Source: a virus
Lineage: Duplodnaviria; Heunggongvirae; Uroviricota; Caudoviricetes
DNA: 40,991 bases
Reading direction: 5' to 3' (one strand)
IMG/VR virus record: IMGVR_UViG_2896607866_000004
Coordinates: 1 to 40,991 of that record
This document shows, piece after piece, positions 8,535-15,922 of the stretch. Made by a program: the position numbers and the translations under genes. The notes under the pieces are model-generated. The model was not told the DNA's origin. It ran no database searches and worked only from the letters and a program-made list of their open reading frames with translations. How positions within the stretch are numbered: position 1 is the first letter of the stretch; each line of letters starts with the position of its first letter.

Positions 8535-9083
8535 TCACCATTGGTATTGGTTCTTCCGTAGAAGAGCTTCGCGAGATAAGGAGCAAACTTGTTGAGATGC
8601 GTCATGGTGTTGCTGCTCCTCACTTTTTGGTTGCTCCGGAGGAGTAACCTCGCCAGTTAACAGCCACATCGGATCGCAGCCAAGAATATTTGTCAGTGGG
8701 ATAAGCATACTGATAGTTGGTTCATACTCTCCGCTCTCCCACTGGATGATGACTTCTTCATCCACATCGAGCAGCCTGGCGAGTTCGGCGGTTGTTAAGC
8801 CGCAGGCTTCGCGTTGGGTGCGAAGGTTAACCAGCCAGCTTTCAGGGAAGGATTGTTTTTGTTGTGCAGGAGAAGCCGCAGATAGAGCATATTCATGGAT
8901 AAATTCCATTACCTCAATGCCCAGTTCCTTTGAGCGAGCACAATCCAGAAGATGGAATGTGCGTACAGCACTTAGCAAATTTGCAATATTTAATGCAAAG
9001 GAATCAAGTTCTAAGCCCTTAAGCGTAACACAGCCGCAGTTGATAAAATTAGTTGTTTCTGGAGTTGCTTTTAGTGTCTTCAT
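8535..9083 (-). CDS. HTH (XRE-like) domain protein, 182 aa (or about 122 aa from internal ATG 8909)
   Basis: HTH motif …TQREACGLTTAELARLLDVDEEVIIQWESGEYEPTISMLIPL… in the middle of the ORF. Lies immediately downstream of cI, after the cI terminator. Confidence 0.5.
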   Translation of the reverse strand: MKTLKATPETTNFINCGCVTLKGLELDSFALNIANLLSAVRTFHLLDCARSKELGIEVMEFIHEYALSAASPAQQKQSFPESWLVNLRTQREACGLTTAELARLLDVDEEVIIQWESGEYEPTISMLIPLTNILGCDPMWLLTGEVTPPEQPKSEEQQHHDASQQVCSLSREALLRKNQYQW

Positions 9084-9193
9084 ATATCCGCCAACAATTT
9101 TAAATTGAACTTAATCAAGTTATAATTGATGGTGCGATATTATGCTTTGAGAAATAGGCTGTCAAGAAAAAATTGATATCGTGTGTTTTAGGC

Positions 9194-9217
9194 AAAAAAA
9201 AAACGGGCAAAGCCCGT
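9194..9217 (-). terminator. rho-independent terminator downstream of cI
   Basis: On the minus strand, hairpin ACGGGC-TTT-GCCCGT followed by a run of 10 T, 13 bp past the cI stop codon. Confidence 0.6.
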
Positions 9218-9229
9218 TAAAATCAAAGA

Positions 9230-9919
9230 CTAACCAAATCTGTTTATGTTGAATGGTACTGATGAGATCACTTTAGACTGGATATAAAGCAGAGCTAACC
9301 CCTCTTTTTCGATGCTCCATGGTTGATAATTGGGGTTATCAGATAACACCATGATTTTGCTTCCAATTTTTTGAAGCCTTTTCACGTAGCATTCTCCATC
9401 AAAACAAAATGCATAAATACCATCGCCATCAAAATAAGTTACTGTCTTATCAAGAAAAAGAAGGTCACCAGGTGAGATTGTGGGAGCCATACTGTCTCCT
9501 CTGGCGTTACCTATTTCTATATTTTTGAATGCCCGATTTCCAACAAGACGTCGGGCATATTCAGGATCAAGTTCTATTGAGCGCACTACATCTATCAAGT
9601 CACCACGGACATGAGTTCCATCACCGCAACTAAACTCAACATCAAGGACATTAAACACGACGCTATCTGTTCTTGTCTGGTGTTTCTCTTGCGAGGAAAA
9701 GGTTGGTGAGGAGTCTTCACCTAAGAACCAGGATTGTGGATAACCGCTAATCTCTGATAAATGCGCGAGCTTATCACTCCGTGGAAATGTTTTTCCTGTT
9801 GTCCAGTACTGCACTGATTGCGCACTCACACCTAACTTGCGGGCCAGTTGAGCCTGAGTCCATCCTTTTGCTTTCAGCATCGCGGCTATTCGATTTTCCG
9901 TGTTTTTGACGTTCTTCAT
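9230..9919 (-). CDS. cI: CI-type repressor (N-terminal HTH, C-terminal S24 LexA-like peptidase domain)
   Basis: HTH …GWTQAQLARKLGVSAQSVQYWTTGK…; C-terminal GDSMAPTI… with downstream Lys (…YVKRL…) typical of the Ser/Lys dyad. First ATG is at 9919 (ORF track extends to 9925 via TTG). Divergent from the cro-like gene. Confidence 0.85.
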   Translation of the reverse strand: MKNVKNTENRIAAMLKAKGWTQAQLARKLGVSAQSVQYWTTGKTFPRSDKLAHLSEISGYPQSWFLGEDSSPTFSSQEKHQTRTDSVVFNVLDVEFSCGDGTHVRGDLIDVVRSIELDPEYARRLVGNRAFKNIEIGNARGDSMAPTISPGDLLFLDKTVTYFDGDGIYAFCFDGECYVKRLQKIGSKIMVLSDNPNYQPWSIEKEGLALLYIQSKVISSVPFNINRFG

Positions 9920-10052
9920 GACCAAATCCTGTGGGTTTCTTTACAAGGATAAATCTTTACTTGATTTTAGTGTATTCGATCCTTTTGCAACTTGCATGTT
10001 AATTTAAACTTGATGTATTCTTGATTTATAAAGTTAATGTTGGTGCTTTGTT
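9920..10052. promoter_or_regulatory. divergent cI/cro promoter-operator region (OR-like)
   Basis: 133-bp AT-rich intergenic region between divergent cI and cro-like genes. Contains an 11-bp palindrome TGCAAcTTGCA (about 9986-9996) and three CTTGAT motifs (about 9958-10026). Individual operators not assigned. Confidence 0.5.
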
Positions 10053-10325
10053 ATGAAAGGAAATGATTACGACAAACTTCGTGCATTAATTGCGCAAAAT
10101 GCCATAGCGCGAAATCTGGGTGTGACACCGCAAGCGGTGAATCAGTGGTTTTCAAAAAGCACAATTCCTGCCCGTTTCGTTTTACGCGTATGTGAAGTAG
10201 TTGCATGTAAGGTCACGCCGCATGGCTTAAGGCCAGATCTTTATCCTCACCCTGAAGATGGAATTCCTGATTCGTTACGCAAAATTTCAAATCCAAGCTT
10301 AGCGCACACAGAGGATGAGAAGTGA
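10053..10325 (+). CDS. cro: Cro-like HTH protein (90 aa)
   Basis: Small ORF divergent from cI; motif …LGVTPQAVNQWFSKSTIPARFVLRV… resembles Cro/YdaS-type HTH. Confidence 0.6.
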   Translation: MKGNDYDKLRALIAQNAIARNLGVTPQAVNQWFSKSTIPARFVLRVCEVVACKVTPHGLRPDLYPHPEDGIPDSLRKISNPSLAHTEDEK

Positions 10326-10395
10326 TGGTGGTGATATGAGCGAAAAAATAACTATTAAATACGATGGGGCAACCATTTCGATTGCCCCAATCACA

Positions 10396-10689
10396 TTAGC
10401 GTTCGCTGAGAAGTTGTTGGTAAGCCTTAAAGGATGCGAACTGCATTCTACCTTTGGCATTGAGTCCAATGCCTTCGCTTGTACACCAGGTGATGAACTC
10501 GGTTGTATCCGCTTCAACTTTAATAACTCGTTGCCCGCTTCTTTCGACACGCTTAATCAATTTTTCAGCGTCGTGTTTCCACTCGGTGTAACTGTCGGAG
10601 AGCACATCTGCATCAGTAAAAATCTTTTTGAACTCATGATACTGAATAGCATCGCGAAACCAGAATAAACCAACGGCCTGAACTTTCAT
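10396..10689 (-). CDS. hypothetical protein (97 aa), opposite in orientation to the surrounding rightward operon
   Basis: ATG 10689 preceded by a near-perfect SD (AAGGAGGT, 6-nt spacer); balanced charged composition. Overlapping plus-strand ORF 10315..10668 is the less likely alternative. Confidence 0.5.
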   Translation of the reverse strand: MKVQAVGLFWFRDAIQYHEFKKIFTDADVLSDSYTEWKHDAEKLIKRVERSGQRVIKVEADTTEFITWCTSEGIGLNAKGRMQFASFKAYQQLLSER

Positions 10690-10802
10690 GTCGAACCTCC
10701 TTTGGTTCTTTTGTTTATAGGGATCAAAAGGATAACTGAAGGATGGTTCGGCACCAACAAGTACGAATGTGCGGAATCTTAAAAGAATTTATCCGTAAGG
10801 AG

Positions 10803-11516
10803 ATGGCAGTGAACACCGCAATTTTTAACGACAAAGTATCCATGACCAGCGTTGAAATCGCAGAGCTGGTTGGAAGTCAACACGGCAATGTCAGAATATC
10901 AATAGAGCGTCTGGCAAAACGCGGGGTGATTCAACTTCCTGCAATGCAAAAAGTTGAGAACGAACAATCATTTAGCCAAAACAAATTCACAAACGCATAT
11001 ATTTTCGAAGGCGAACAAGGCAAACGCGACAGCATCATTGTCGTCGCACAACTTTGCCCGGAATTCACTGCCCGCCTGGTAGATCGTTGGCGCGAACTGG
11101 AAGAGCAGGTGCGCAAACCAATGAGCGAAATCGAAATGGTTGCCGCGATGGCTCTTGAAGCCGTTCGTCAGCAAAAACGCCTCGACAAGATGGAAGAAAA
11201 AGTCAGTCACGTTACTGAAACTGTCGAACAAATCAAAAGAGGCACCATCCGCGATGGTTATGCAGGCTACCGTCAGCTGGTGGCGGAAACGGGTATGTCA
11301 GATGCGAAATGCCGCAATCTGGTGAACATCTATCAAATTCCAACTGATACTCACGAATTTCTTACTCCGGACGGATTGTTGTCACGCCGCGCAATTGTTG
11401 CAGTGGAACCGTTTATGGCTGCTTTCCATCGTATGATGAGCGAAGCGGAACCGAGAGGAACTCGTTGGTATCACCCGAAAATGGGGCTGTTCCAGGCGCT
11501 GGGCTGGCAGGGGTGA
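10803..11516 (+). CDS. antirepressor-like protein, Rha/AntA-type N-terminal domain plus KilAC (ANT) C-terminal domain
   Basis: N-terminus …SMTSVEIAELVGSQHGNVRISIERLAKRG…; C-terminus near-identical to that of 3557..4306. Start ambiguous (ATG 10803 abuts the SD; GTG 10809 has better spacing). Confidence 0.7.
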   Translation: MAVNTAIFNDKVSMTSVEIAELVGSQHGNVRISIERLAKRGVIQLPAMQKVENEQSFSQNKFTNAYIFEGEQGKRDSIIVVAQLCPEFTARLVDRWRELEEQVRKPMSEIEMVAAMALEAVRQQKRLDKMEEKVSHVTETVEQIKRGTIRDGYAGYRQLVAETGMSDAKCRNLVNIYQIPTDTHEFLTPDGLLSRRAIVAVEPFMAAFHRMMSEAEPRGTRWYHPKMGLFQALGWQG

Positions 11517-11536
11517 CGATGTTTACGGGTAATTTA

Positions 11537-11710
11537 TGCAAGTCCTCAATCGCTGGTTCCGTGACGGAAGGGGGCGTCGTGTTCACGTTATACGCTGGGA
11601 GCCTGAAACACAGCGGGTTATTTATCTGCGTGATGGTTATCCATATGAATGTTTCAGCCCGTTGTGGTTGTTCAGGCGTGATTTTGTTGAGTGCGAAGCG
11701 CCGCCATAAT
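11537..11710 (+). CDS. hypothetical small protein (57 aa)
   Basis: ATG 21 bp after the upstream stop; MQVLNRWFRDGRGRRVHVIRWEPETQRVIYLRDGYPYECFSPLWLFRRDFVECEAPP. Weak SD; under the ORF-track cutoff. Confidence 0.25.
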
Positions 11711-11730
11711 AACGGCGCGATAATGGAAAT

Positions 11731-12039
11731 TTACACGAAGCGGATCTGGAGTTTTTTCCCTGTTGCGCGTGCAAATTTTTTCAGTGTGGCAAATGATGGT
11801 CCGCTGACACCTGAGGCAAGATTGCTTTCCATTCTGGTGATGGCGGTTGCTTTGGTACCCATGCGTTCAGCAACTTCAGCCTGGGTGAGACCAGCTTCTT
11901 TGCGTGCGGCCAGCATTTCATCAAGCAGTGCGAACTCGTCGGCGATGGCGTCGTATTCTGCTTTAAAAGCCGGGTCATCCATCCATTTAGCTGCCATTTC
12001 ATCGTGTGTCATGATTGGTGGGTTACGTTTACCAGTCAT
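11731..12039 (-). CDS. HigA-like antitoxin (XRE-family HTH, 102 aa)
   Basis: HTH …LTQAEVAERMGTKATAITRMESNLASG…; AGGAGGT SD; start overlaps the 3' end of the upstream toxin gene by 11 nt. Confidence 0.7.
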   Translation of the reverse strand: MTGKRNPPIMTHDEMAAKWMDDPAFKAEYDAIADEFALLDEMLAARKEAGLTQAEVAERMGTKATAITRMESNLASGVSGPSFATLKKFARATGKKLQIRFV

Positions 12040-12358
12040 GCTTAACCTCCTTCATTCTGGTTTCAGCTTTTTTACGCTCAGCTGGTGGAGTTTTTTGAGT
12101 TTTCTTGATGAAGCTGTGCAGCATGATGATGCGCTTCCCTGTCAGTGTGCAGTAAAAAACGCGGGCAATGCCATCGCTGCCTTTAATCCGAAGCTCAAAA
12201 AGCCCATCACCAAAGGCGCTGGTGTGAGGTTCTCCGAGATTGCTGCCGTATACCTTCATGCGTTCAACAAGATGCTGGTATCTGGCACGCATACTCAATG
12301 GAAGCTGATCGACCTCCAGTCGGACCTCTTCACTGTAGTATTCGATAGTGTAGTTCAT
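12029..12358 (-). CDS. HigB-like toxin (RelE/ParE superfamily, Gp49-type), about 109 aa
   Basis: …YYSEEVRLEVDQLPLSMRARYQHLVERMKVYGSNLGEPHTSAFGDGLFELRIKGSDGIARVFYCTLTGKRIIMLHSFIKKTQKTP… resembles phage Gp49/HigB-type toxins; toxin precedes antitoxin. Start placed at internal ATG 12358 (ORF track uses TTG 12394). Confidence 0.6.
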   Translation of the reverse strand: MNYTIEYYSEEVRLEVDQLPLSMRARYQHLVERMKVYGSNLGEPHTSAFGDGLFELRIKGSDGIARVFYCTLTGKRIIMLHSFIKKTQKTPPAERKKAETRMKEVKHDW

Positions 12359-12395
12359 ACAGCAAAACATAACAAAATCGTTATATCTGCACAAT

Positions 12396-12460
12396 ATATT
12401 GATTCTGCAATTTCGGGACGTTACACTGTCTCTGCACCTTATAAAGCGGGTGCCGGGATT
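12396..12460 (+). repeat. 65-bp direct repeat, copy 1 (leader/5' region of Rha-like gene 1)
   Basis: ATATTGATTCTGCAATTTCGGGACGTTACACTGTCTCTGCACCTTATAAAGCGGGTGCCGGGATT; 64/65 identical to 13052..13116. Confidence 0.8.
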
Positions 12461-12676
12461 TGCACCCCGGAATTGTCAACGGCGATATACGACGCGCCAG
12501 CGTCTTTTTTATCGTCCGCGCTCACGCACGCCAGAATTATGGTGGGCTGGGCAGGGGAGCCGAAAGGCTCGCCGGTCTCCGTTGACGCCGGTAGTGCAAA
12601 CCCTGTTCAGTCCGCCACCAGCGAGATTTGCACCTCCGGTGGTGGAAGTTTTCCACAGTCAACGGAGGCTGCCATC

Positions 12677-13039
12677 ATGGCTACAGTCCCAACCCACTCA
12701 TTCCTCAAAATTGAGACCGTCAACGGCAAGGCCGTTATTTTCTCTTTGCATGTGGCCTGCCACTTTAAGCGCATGCACCAGAACATCGTAGACAAAATCG
12801 AGTATCTGAACTGCTCGCGCGAATTTTTTACCCGCAATTTCATACCGGGTACTTACCACATCTATGACGACTCTCTGCGTGGTTATTACATCACCCTTGA
12901 TGGTCTGATGCTGCTTCAGCTTGGGTTAAGTCTGCGCACAATGCGGTACTACGAGAGTTGCATTGAAGCGTTCCATGAGGCTGAAACCGTCCAGGTGCAT
13001 TCCGCTTTCCGTCGTCATCAACGGGAGGTGCACCTATGA
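12677..13039 (+). CDS. Rha-like phage regulatory protein 1 (120 aa from ATG 12677; may extend upstream)
   Basis: GGAGG SD 8 nt before ATG 12677; MATVPTHSFLKIETVNGKAVIFSLHVACHFKRMHQNIVDKIEYLNCSREFF… resembles the Rha N-terminal domain. The frame is open far upstream (artefactual 524-aa ORF) but has no canonical start near the conserved leader. Confidence 0.5.
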   Translation: MATVPTHSFLKIETVNGKAVIFSLHVACHFKRMHQNIVDKIEYLNCSREFFTRNFIPGTYHIYDDSLRGYYITLDGLMLLQLGLSLRTMRYYESCIEAFHEAETVQVHSAFRRHQREVHL

Positions 13040-13896
13040 TCCGCTACCTGAATATTGATTCTGCAATTTCGGGACGTTACACTGTCTCCGCACCTTATAA
13101 AGCGGGTGCCGGGATTGGCGTCCTGAAATTCAATATAGAGCATAACCGCGCTCATGCGGTTTTTTCGTGTCATGAGCATTGCTACGCCCAAATTATGGTG
13201 GGGCGTGCAGGGGCATCGCAAGATGCGCCGGGTTCTATGTTGACCGGTTACGCCAACCCTGTACGTCTCACCACCTCTGTGATTGGCGTCCCATGTGATG
13301 AGTTCTTTGAATTCAACATAGGGGCTGTCACCATGACTACTCTCCCAACCCTCTCTCAACCTGAAATTGCCATCGTTGATGGTCAGGCTGTTACTTCATC
13401 CCTGGCTGTTGCTAACTTCTTCTCTAAACGTCATGACGATGTTCTGAAAAAGATCCGCATTTTGGATTGTTCTCCAGAGTTTTGTGCCCGCAATTTTGCG
13501 GAGACATCAATTTTGGTACGCCAGCCCAACGGCGGTACTCGCAAACTTCCCTGCTACCAAATCACCCGCGACGGCTTCGCCTTCCTTGCTATGGGCTTCA
13601 CTGGTAAACGTGCCGCCCGGTTCAGAGAGGCATACATCAATGCCTTTAACCAGATGGAGAGGAGCTTATCAGGAGCTGGTGCGGCTGACATGTCATCTGT
13701 CGCACAAAACGCCAGAGGCGTATACCTGCATTTGCGTGAAATCCATCAAATCTGGACAAGCCAGCTTTACCCAATGCTTAAGGCCGTTGAATCTCCGCTG
13801 GCTGGCAAACTGTACGACCGTGTAGGTGATGCTGTTTTTGGTGCTGCACTTGTTGATTCCAGGCTGAATGGTTCTGACAAGGAGGTGCGCCCATGA
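13036..13896 (+). CDS. Rha-like phage regulatory protein 2 (286 aa from ATG 13036; alternative start ATG 13333 giving 187 aa)
   Basis: GGAGGTG SD 5 nt before ATG 13036, which overlaps the upstream TGA. Rha motif …AIVDGQAVTSSLAVANFFSKRHDDVLKKIRILDCSPEFCARNF…YQITRDGFAFLAMGFTGKRAARFREAYINAFNQME… begins at residue 100. Confidence 0.6.
   Translation: MIRYLNIDSAISGRYTVSAPYKAGAGIGVLKFNIEHNRAHAVFSCHEHCYAQIMVGRAGASQDAPGSMLTGYANPVRLTTSVIGVPCDEFFEFNIGAVTMTTLPTLSQPEIAIVDGQAVTSSLAVANFFSKRHDDVLKKIRILDCSPEFCARNFAETSILVRQPNGGTRKLPCYQITRDGFAFLAMGFTGKRAARFREAYINAFNQMERSLSGAGAADMSSVAQNARGVYLHLREIHQIWTSQLYPMLKAVESPLAGKLYDRVGDAVFGAALVDSRLNGSDKEVRP
13052..13116 (+). repeat. 65-bp direct repeat, copy 2 (5' region of Rha-like gene 2)
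   Basis: 64/65 identical to 12396..12460; the single difference (TCT/TCC) is synonymous in the open frame. Confidence 0.8.
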
Positions 13897-14126
13897 TCCG
13901 CCACATCGTTAATTTCCTGTATCACCGATACAACCATTGCCCCCGTGTGGGGCAGTGGTTCACCACCAGCAACGGCTACGTTCTGCGGGTTTGCCTGGTC
14001 AGTACCGAAAGCCAGAAGGTTGTCTGCCAGGTTCAGGGACGTACTCATACCCTGAGTTATCCGCTGGTGGCGTTTCAGTCCGGAAAAATGTTTAAACGCC
14101 TGGGAGGTGGCTATGCGTCCGTCTGA
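13893..14126 (+). CDS. hypothetical protein (77 aa)
   Basis: AAGGAGGTG SD and ATG overlapping the upstream stop in the same ATGATCCGC context as the Rha-like gene 2 start. Confidence 0.4.
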   Translation: MIRHIVNFLYHRYNHCPRVGQWFTTSNGYVLRVCLVSTESQKVVCQVQGRTHTLSYPLVAFQSGKMFKRLGGGYASV

Positions 14127-15033
14127 TCTTCTGCTCGATTTTGGACATCCGGTTGCTTATTACCCTGGGCTCGTTAAATACATGGGAAGTCCGCACGCTG
14201 TTATTTTCTTTGGTCAGATTTTTTACTGGCAGGATAAAGCACATGCAGCGGAAGGCGTACATAAAACGCGTGAAGAGATACAACACGAAACCGGACTTAC
14301 ATTTGAACAACAGGCTGTAGCGCGTAAGCATCTTGTGTCCAGAGGCATTTTGGTTGAAACCAACAAGCGTCTTGAGCACAAAATGTTCTACCGTATAGAT
14401 TGTGAGCGCCTTAATGAAATTATCAATGAAAACAATCAGTTTTCCCGAAATGGGGAAACCCGTTTTCGGGAAACTGTAAAACCCAATTTCGCGGAGGAGG
14501 GAAAGCCTTCACCGCGGACACGGGAAACCCCTCGCCGCGGAGAAGGGAAAACCAATTTCGATCTTACAGAGAATACAACAGAGAATACAACAGAGATTAC
14601 TTCAGAGAATACTACAGAGAGTAAAAACACTATTGGCGCATCCGCTGACGCGTCTGCACCAGCGCGTTCTTCCCGACAGGAATATTCACCGGAATTTGAA
14701 CAGGCCTGGCAGGAATATCCAAAACGTGCTGGTGGTAACTCAAAATCCGCAGCCTTCAAAGCCTGGAAAGCCCGGCTCAGGGAGGGAATAAAACCTGAAG
14801 CCATGCTTGATGGCGTGAAACGCTATGCCGCCTGGGTACGTGCCACAGGAAATACCGGCACACAGTTCGTGAAGCAGGCTGCGACGTTCTTTGGACCCGA
14901 TCGTCACTTCGAAGACTTCTGGCAACAGCCAGCCGCTCCCGGAGGTGGGCGACAGCGACAGGTCGATGTCCTGGCTGGCCTGGGAGCCATGTCTGACAAA
15001 TTCGGTAAATCCAGTGACAAACTGACATTCTGA
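14113..15033 (+). CDS. replication initiation protein (lambda O-like replisome organiser) containing internal iterons
   Basis: GGAGG SD 5 nt before ATG 14113; first gene of a replication module followed by DnaC-like and DnaB-like genes; internal TENTTENTTEITSENTTE peptide encoded by tandem 12-bp DNA repeats. Confidence 0.6.
   Translation: MRPSDLLLDFGHPVAYYPGLVKYMGSPHAVIFFGQIFYWQDKAHAAEGVHKTREEIQHETGLTFEQQAVARKHLVSRGILVETNKRLEHKMFYRIDCERLNEIINENNQFSRNGETRFRETVKPNFAEEGKPSPRTRETPRRGEGKTNFDLTENTTENTTEITSENTTESKNTIGASADASAPARSSRQEYSPEFEQAWQEYPKRAGGNSKSAAFKAWKARLREGIKPEAMLDGVKRYAAWVRATGNTGTQFVKQAATFFGPDRHFEDFWQQPAAPGGGRQRQVDVLAGLGAMSDKFGKSSDKLTF
14566..14625 (+). repeat. five tandem 12-bp iteron-like repeats (ACAGAGAATACA), putative phage replication origin
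   Basis: ACAGAGAATACA ACAGAGAATACA ACAGAGATTACT TCAGAGAATACT ACAGAGAGTAAA inside the initiator gene, analogous to ori-lambda inside O. Confidence 0.55.
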
Positions 15034-15043
15034 GGTGACAGCG

Positions 15044-15922
15044 ATGATGACGTTTAACCTGCGTGAACAACAAAAAAGACTACAGGCGCGAATGGATGAG
15101 TTACGGGCAGAGATTGCATTTGCTCAGAAGGGCGAAAAGCCATGGCCTTATCGTTCCTGCCTGATGCGTGAAGGTCGCGGATATTGCGAAAAACATGGCG
15201 AATATCACACGCATATACTGGTGTGGAGCGATCGTAATGGCGAGGACAGAGAAAAAATTTCATGCTGCCCTGACTGCTTAATCGCTGAGGCCAACGATTT
15301 GACCATGGAGCTGTCGTCCATCAAGGCGGAAGAGCTGACTGATAACGCCGGAATTGCCCTGCGTTTTCGGGACTGCGAGTTTGATAATTATCTGGAGGTT
15401 AATCCTGACGCAGCCAGAAATCTTGCGGCCTGTCGCCGCTATGCGGAGAACTGGCCAGATATGCTGGAGAACGGTACCAGTCTTGTTATGACCGGCAGTT
15501 GTGGTACCGGAAAAAATCATCTGGCTGTGGCTATGGCAAAACACATCATCCGTAACTATCTGGCCAGTGTGGAGATCACCGACGTGATGCGCCTTACCCG
15601 TGCTGTGAAAAATTGCTGGCGGAATGACAGCGAAAAAACAGCGGATGAAGTTATTGAGCGTTATGCGTCAATGGATTTGCTGATCATCGACGAAGTTGGC
15701 GTTCAGTTTGGCAGCGCGGCTGAAATGGCTATTTTGCAGGAAATTATCAACGCCAGGTACGAAAGTATCTTGCCCACCATTCTGATCAGTAACCTCTCAC
15801 CGGAAGAGTTGTGGGCGTTCATCAGTCCCCGAATTGCCGACAGGATCACAGACGGGGGACGCAACTGGTTGTCGTTTAACTGGCCCAGTTACCGTTCTCG
15901 TATCAGAGGTGTGGCTGCATGA
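15044..15922 (+). CDS. DnaC-like helicase loader (AAA+ ATPase, IstB-like)
   Basis: Walker A GSCGTGKNHLA and Walker B LLIIDEVG; position after the initiator. ATG 15044 (ORF track uses GTG 15035). Confidence 0.8.
   Translation: MMTFNLREQQKRLQARMDELRAEIAFAQKGEKPWPYRSCLMREGRGYCEKHGEYHTHILVWSDRNGEDREKISCCPDCLIAEANDLTMELSSIKAEELTDNAGIALRFRDCEFDNYLEVNPDAARNLAACRRYAENWPDMLENGTSLVMTGSCGTGKNHLAVAMAKHIIRNYLASVEITDVMRLTRAVKNCWRNDSEKTADEVIERYASMDLLIIDEVGVQFGSAAEMAILQEIINARYESILPTILISNLSPEELWAFISPRIADRITDGGRNWLSFNWPSYRSRIRGVAA

Noticed and set aside
8387-8647. 86-aa plus-strand ORF and 62-aa minus-strand ORF (8435..8623)
   Set aside because: Overlap the reconstructed 5' part of the IS-disrupted gene and the 3' end of the HTH protein gene; no convincing start signals.
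10315-10668. 117-aa plus-strand ORF overlapping the 10396..10689 minus-strand gene
   Set aside because: Cys-rich, hydrophobic, weaker start context; the minus-strand ORF has a near-perfect SD and more protein-like composition. Not excluded with certainty.
11465-13039. 524-aa plus-strand ORF in the supplied track
   Set aside because: Low-complexity translation that runs antisense across the toxin-antitoxin genes; only its last 120 codons (Rha-like domain from ATG 12677) look like a real protein. Treated as an open-frame artefact with a real gene at its 3' end.
14566-14625. Possible CRISPR array
   Set aside because: Repeats are 12 bp, directly tandem without spacers and lie inside a coding sequence; they are iterons, not CRISPR. 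No CRISPR-like arrays seen elsewhere in the window.
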